NCBI RefSeq assembly: GCF_006345805.1
Contig: NC_043019.1
Coordinates: 19,281,360-19,345,359 of the forward strand
Source of the DNA: Octopus sinensis
Lineage: Eukaryota
Length of the DNA: 64,000 nt
Direction: 5' to 3'
A model generated the notes under the pieces. That model was not told the origin of the DNA and did no database searches. It saw nothing but the letters and a program-made list of their open reading frames with translations. Shown piece after piece: positions 60,761 to 64,000 of the stretch (position 1 is the first letter of the stretch; every line of letters begins with the position of its first letter). A program made the position numbers and the translations under genes.

Positions 60761-61889
60761 GTTGTTATTGTGTCAATACTAATCTCAACAACACCATGTG
60801 ACCTGCCTTGATCAGTAACAGCCCAACCTCCCACCGCTACCTTCAACTCTCTCTATTCAATTACCTTTACTGGAAGAGTTAGGTTAATCTTAGGAGCTCA
60901 CAAGACTTTAAGTTGCATGCAGCCAAATGAAACTGTTATTAAATATATTTTGGTGATTTAAATAAGAGTTTTGACTGTTATTTCCAGCAGGTAGACATGC
61001 TTAGTATGTCCTTTGAGTAATTTTAATCCTTCACCTATTACTGATTCTGTTATTATCATTTTAAAATTGTTACACTAGATAATAACAGAGTCAATGATAT
61101 CTTTGTAAATTATTTTTTCTCATGAATTGAAATTATATATATACATATGCATGTGTATATACATTTAATGTATGTACATAAACAGCATATATGTATATAT
61201 GTTCCATGTAAATATCTATAATTATATCATCATCATAATCATCATTGTTTAACGTCCGCTTTCCATGCTGGCATGGGTTGGACGGTTTGACTGAGGACTG
61301 GCAAGCCAGATGGCTGCACCAGGCTTATATATATATATATATTGTGCCTATAAATCATGAACTGTATGTGTTTACATTTAATGTATATGTGTATAATGCG
61401 TATGTTGAGTTGCAGTATCTATAGTAATGTTAGTGATAGTGTTGATGATGGTTTAGTAAATGGTATTAGTGGTTGTGATCATGATGATCATGATGATGAT
61501 GATGGATTTAGTTGGAGAGTTGTTGTTGTAATTGTTGTGGAGGTAGTGGAGGAAGGAGAAATGTTGTTGTTCTTGTTGGTGGTAGTGGTAATATCTCTCA
61601 TCCTCATCCTCATCGTTGTTTATTGCTTGCTGCACAGAGGCTGGCTATGAGGATGACTTTGACAACGATGCTGACAATGAAGAAGAGAAAGAGGAGGAGG
61701 CAGAAGAAACAGATGATTATGATAATGAAGAAGATGAATGTGAAGAAATAGAAGAAGAAAAAAATGAAGACGAGTCTAGTGTTGCTGACAACGAAAGTAT
61801 CATTGATGAAGTAGAAAAAGAGTCCACTTCAAACTCTGATGTTCCACTTGCTCTTGATACAACATTTGATGATGGTGAAAGTAGAACAG
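26252..61889 (+). CDS. ERICH3: ERICH3-like gene (glutamate-rich protein 3, DUF4590), partial; 10 coding exons identified, first exon and 3' exons missing
   Basis: The joined exons give [35 protein letters not shown]...LAQAIVHK...[18 protein letters not shown]...[19 protein letters not shown]...CCEYRH...GYEDDF, which I recognise as collinear with vertebrate ERICH3 motifs (YNSLTDKHL, LAQAIFHK, QQHCGGENLCVYKGKL, FPFSLTFFLNG, CCEYKH, YEEDF). All introns are GT-AG and phases match across all 9 junctions. Confidence 0.93.
26770..27340 (-). pseudogene. Highly degraded CR1-group LINE 3' fragment
   Basis: C/T-rich sense strand with remnants such as [11 protein letters not shown] and CCHLW that resemble CR1 RT C-terminal motifs. 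Confidence 0.4.
27400..27891 (-). pseudogene. Degraded RTE family fragments
   Basis: [18 protein letters not shown] matches [19 protein letters not shown] of the young copy; C-terminal remnant near 27480-27560. Confidence 0.65.
28806..29003 (+). CDS. ERICH3: ERICH3 exon (0 to 0): [13 protein letters not shown]...[13 protein letters not shown]...LVRKMR
   Basis: catag acceptor, AGG|GTAAGA donor; 66 open codons collinear with ERICH3. Confidence 0.92.
29527..30392 (+). mobile_element. Internally deleted mariner transposon relic
   Basis: [21 protein letters not shown]-terminus; [14 protein letters not shown] (YSPDLAP-like); degenerate TA-flanked TIRs. Confidence 0.75.
30930..31097 (+). CDS. ERICH3: ERICH3 exon (0 to 0): SERYTARS...[16 protein letters not shown]
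   Basis: tttcatttgcag acceptor, ATG|GTAAGT donor; RPxTA motif; 56 open codons. Confidence 0.8.
32371..32475 (+). CDS. ERICH3: ERICH3 exon (0 to 0): [10 protein letters not shown]...ERDRYFP
   Basis: tttatttcag acceptor, CCG|GTAAGG donor; 35 open codons; low-conservation region. Confidence 0.72.
32576..32868 (+). mobile_element. tRNA-derived SINE, second family
   Basis: TGACCTAGTGG A-box, GTTCAAATC B-box, ending gagccaggcatggctcgagagggaacaaaca. Confidence 0.8.
33557..33657 (-). ncRNA. Type I hammerhead ribozyme-like motif, copy 1
   Basis: UCUUUA-CUGAUGA-(stem II)-GAAAC-GUUGCAAC-GUC-UAAAAGA; palindromic stem III ACGUUGCAACGU; stem I with one bulged A. Confidence 0.7.
34029..34129 (-). ncRNA. 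Type I hammerhead ribozyme-like motif, copy 2
   Basis: Identical to copy 1, offset by 472 bp. Confidence 0.7.
34749..34848 (+). ncRNA. Type I hammerhead-like motif, inverted copy (GUC changed to AUC)
   Basis: CTGATGA 34755-34761, GAAAC 34827-34831, A at 34840 where the other copies have G. Confidence 0.6.
35061..35852. mobile_element. Mariner relic made of two 5' halves in opposite orientation
   Basis: + strand [20 protein letters not shown] (35162-35245); - strand [38 protein letters not shown]; TIR (g)aggt(c/t)tgatcaataag at both ends. Confidence 0.8.
35990..36780 (-). pseudogene. Degraded RTE RT C-terminal fragment
   Basis: [30 protein letters not shown] match the RTE family. Confidence 0.8.
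36786..36978. repeat. Compound repeat (GTTAAT(GT)n) x7
   Basis: Direct reading. Confidence 0.9.
37094..37982 (+). mobile_element. Non-autonomous Helitron
   Basis: 5' TC after A (A|TCTTTATATATATAAAA), subterminal hairpin GACCCGGCAACGACGAGTC (37953-37971), 3' CTAG followed by T, no TSD. Confidence 0.75.
38761..39560 (-). mobile_element. RTE family 3' fragment (RT C-terminus, ~60-bp repeats, (GAT)n tail)
   Basis: Homologous to 46771-47750. Confidence 0.85.
39847..40059. mobile_element. 213-bp MITE with 32-bp TIRs and an 8-bp TSD (Merlin/MULE/hAT-type)
   Basis: TIR GGCAATCTTTCGGTAC... matches 30/32; GAAGTATA at 39839-39846 and 40060-40067; internal CCCTAATCCTAACCCTAACCC. Confidence 0.88.
40608..40793 (+). 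CDS. ERICH3: ERICH3 exon (0 to 0): [11 protein letters not shown]...[19 protein letters not shown]
   Basis: gtttcag acceptor, GAG|GTGATT donor; RPKTTP resembles the RPTTAP motif. Confidence 0.75.
41570..41900 (-). mobile_element. Degraded tRNA-derived SINE
   Basis: Homologous to 16380-16796. Confidence 0.6.
42149..42323 (+). CDS. ERICH3: ERICH3 exon (0 to 1), DUF4590 first half: [21 protein letters not shown]...[20 protein letters not shown]
   Basis: tgttgcag acceptor, AAG|GTAGAA donor; QQHCGG motif. Confidence 0.93.
44052..44433 (-). pseudogene. R4/Dong-like LINE restriction-like endonuclease (RLE) fragment
   Basis: [36 protein letters not shown]...[13 protein letters not shown]; flanked on both sides by (TTA)n. 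Confidence 0.8.
44660..44880 (+). mobile_element. tRNA-derived SINE (related copies at 43160-43340, 43730-44030, 44466-44650, 45990-46200)
   Basis: ggcagtgagctgacaaaatc head, gagttcaaattc B-box, gcctttcatccttccagggtcgataaattaagtaccag core, (TTA)n tail. Confidence 0.7.
44957..45143 (+). CDS. ERICH3: ERICH3 exon (1 to 2), DUF4590 second half: [23 protein letters not shown]...CCEYRH...SMPCA
   Basis: tttcatttcag acceptor, CAG|GTTAGA donor; FPFSL and CCEY motifs. Confidence 0.93.
46264..46445 (+). CDS. ERICH3: ERICH3 exon (2 to 1): [15 protein letters not shown]...EMPSSQE
   Basis: gattttaag acceptor, AAG|GTTATA donor; phase continues from the previous exon. Confidence 0.8.
46471..46686. mobile_element. 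MITE-like foldback element
   Basis: 46471-46537 is the near reverse complement of 46618-46686 (gttgtgtctggggagagtcatt... / ...aatgactctccccagacacaac). Confidence 0.8.
46771..50687 (-). mobile_element. Near full-length RTE-clade LINE: APE endonuclease, RT and PHD finger, 3' UTR with tandem repeats, (GAT)n tail
   Basis: ORFs 48918-50687 ([44 protein letters not shown]) and 47578-48912 (DMEKAFD, QGSVLSP, YADD, FRYLG); the two frames are separated by a 2-bp insertion in the (CT)n run at 48927-48938. Confidence 0.96.
50781..51657. repeat. CpG-containing dispersed and tandem modules upstream of the RTE ORF (possible 5' UTR)
   Basis: GTTTTA(T/A)CCA(T/G)CCACGC...GAGCGTTC...AACGAGAT at 50961, 51082 and 51555; GGAGA(C)AACA(A/G)GGATG x3 at 50782-50900. 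Confidence 0.65.
53890..56022 (-). mobile_element. Chapaev3-like (CMC) DNA transposon with a frameshifted transposase
   Basis: TIR CACTGGTCAACA at both ends; TTA TSD (53887-53889, 56023-56025); motifs [68 protein letters not shown]. The superfamily name is from recall. Confidence 0.8.
56912..57037 (+). CDS. ERICH3: ERICH3 exon (1 to 1): [11 protein letters not shown]...[12 protein letters not shown]
   Basis: cctaattgtag acceptor, AAG|GTAAGT donor; acidic composition. Confidence 0.78.
57817..58080 (-). mobile_element. RTE family 3' end fragment
   Basis: catcatcatcgtttaacatccgctttccatgctagcatgggttggacg...gatgcccttcctaacgccaacc. Confidence 0.88.
58983..60200 (+). mobile_element. Tc1-like transposon relic
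   Basis: [49 protein letters not shown] motifs; ~26-bp imperfect TIRs (cacgtgacagaaatagatagacaccc / gggcgtctgtttacttctgtcatgt). Confidence 0.85.
60200..60760. repeat. (CA)n/(CT)n low-complexity tract
   Basis: Direct reading. Confidence 0.8.
61638..61889 (+). CDS. ERICH3: ERICH3 exon (1 to 1): [21 protein letters not shown]...DGESRT
   Basis: gctgcacag acceptor, CAG|GTAAGC donor; YEDDF motif followed by a Glu-rich tract. Confidence 0.85.
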
Positions 61890-64000
61890 GTAAGCCTCCT
61901 CACCAAAATATTAAAAAAAAAAACATCAAAAAATAAACAGGGTGCATATATCCTGGGTGGTTTCAAGTTATCCCTAAGCTGATATGACATGAAATGGTCC
62001 TTAATTTTAACATGATACAAGGTGGTCCTTTATTGATACAACCCCAAATGCTATCTTCATTTTTACACACTATCAGCTAATTTCTATTGTGTTGTGTGTG
62101 TATATCTAAATCTGTGCATGTTTGTTGGCATTGTTTATTCTCCATTACATGTGTTTCATTTGCCAATAGGAATCACAAAGATTTACATGTTAGGTAGACA
62201 TGTAAAGAATTTCCTATTTGTAATTCCTACTGGAAAAGGAAACACATAGAAGAGAGAATGAATAATAGCAGAATATTTCCACTTTCCATAATTCTCAATT
62301 TTATTGTACATTTTGACTAACAGTGGCAACTGGAGCAACATATCGATTGCGATAATGCAATAAACAGATGGGTTTCAAGAGGAAACAGCTGGGATTTACT
62401 CTACCTCCTTCCTACCTACCTACCTACCTGTCTATCTATATCTATATGTATATAATTTGCTTCACTTCTGCTTTTCCATGCCAGCATGTGTTAGACATAT
62501 TATTGAGGTATTGTTTTACAGCTAGATGCACTTTTGGTCACTAATAATTACTAATTTTTCAAGTAATTCACTCATCTTTGACGGAACGAAGCAAGCGAGT
62601 GATTTGTTGATAGGAGAAGTAATGTTTGACTTTCAAGAGTGAAAATGTAACCCCCCCCCCCTTGTATATCATAATTAACTGATCCTCCTGTATTTTCTTT
62701 TACCTTTTACACAAAACCAGGAACTTTTCAACCCCACCCCCTCATATATCTAAGACTGAAAGTAAATGATACTGTCAGCAGGGTGTTTTTTACAACTAGC
62801 AAACACACATGAAAAGGAGGTTGAAAACCCATCAAAAAGCGGATGAACTCAAAAAAGTGAATGGCCATTTGGTTGCATGATATATATGCACATATGTATG
62901 CACAAAGACTTTAAAATTCCTGATTTGGTACCCAGGTGCACATTTAGCCTACCAGGATGGGTTGGACTCTAAGCCATAGCAAAGGCAACTGAGGACATGG
63001 AGAACATTAATAGAAAAGCCTGAGTTACTTTGGTCATTGAGTTTGTGGTAAATATTGGCACCAACCGCCTTCTACAGCATTTCCAAAAGGTGTGGCTGGT
63101 CCTTTGCAAGACTTTGGCAATGGAAGCCAATCATCTGTGTGGGTGACCCAACAGCTGTAGTATTGACTGTTGGACCTTCATATGCTGAAGTCAATGCACA
63201 TCTGACCCACTCCTGCACAATTTTCATTTCCCAAGTTTCTCTCAGTAGTCTATGTATATTTCTTTGTACTGTCGTTATTGTTAAGTCACTGACATGGTTC
63301 AGAGAAGTATCAACTGCCACGGGCCGGGTGATTTGTTTAGACATTACAGCAATTGCAATGTCCAACCAAACATCCCAGGCAGGTCTGCATGTGCACCTAT
63401 CATCCACTACAACCATTATATCTGTCAACATCTCACATGTCCTTTGCAGTCAGCATTAAAGGGCTGGTAAATCATTGTGCGAATTAAAATAACAGAAACC
63501 ATTTACTGTGTCCATCACTGTGTAGTGTAATTAGTAATTAGAGTTTGCCTGATTGGGTCCTGTTGGTTCTATTGCTCTCTTGTGTTTCCTATTGGATTCT
63601 ATAATATCTAATATTATTTACATGAAAGCATCTCAACAGTTTTAATTTATGCTTTTCTTCTTTTGGAACAATTTTTCCTGAATAATTGAATTGAAAATTT
63701 TCTTTTTCCATATTTCCTTCTCTTTTTCATTCCATCTTCATATTCTCTTTTAACAAAAGAGATTAACAGATTTTTTTATAACATTTCTGCTTTTCTTTTT
63801 CTTTTAGAATATATTTTCCATATTTTGAAATTAAAAAAAATTATCTAATCCTATTTTCTCTCTCATCGTTTATTTTTATATTTTTATTCTTGTTAATATT
63901 TTGTTTTATATTAACATTTTAAAATGTTTTTCTAGATATTTTTCGTGAACTTTCCGTTTTTTTTTTTTTTTTTTTTTTTCATGCTCATTTAAATTTTCTT

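Overview
AT-rich metazoan genomic DNA with no prokaryotic features. The repeat families point to a cephalopod such as Octopus; this is an inference from recognising the repeats. The one well-supported host gene is an intron-rich ERICH3 (glutamate-rich 3 / DUF4590) orthologue on the + strand. It has 10 phase-consistent coding exons between 26252 and 61889; its first exon was not found and the gene runs past the window end. A few minus-strand exon candidates at 352-25899 may belong to a second gene. The rest is repeats: an 8.5-kb, ~52-bp minisatellite; a near-intact RTE LINE with a PHD finger and one 2-bp slippage frameshift, plus many of its 3' fragments; a BovB-like RTE nested in an older RTE; CR1-like and R4/Dong-like LINE relics; tRNA-derived SINEs; Chapaev3, Tc1 and mariner relics; a non-autonomous Helitron; and MITEs. 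The most interesting element is a non-coding 472-bp unit carrying a type I hammerhead-ribozyme fold. It is arranged in tandem and then inverted inside a (TA)n tract in an ERICH3 intron, resembling a Penelope pLTR or retrozyme. All calls were made by eye and no database searches were run.
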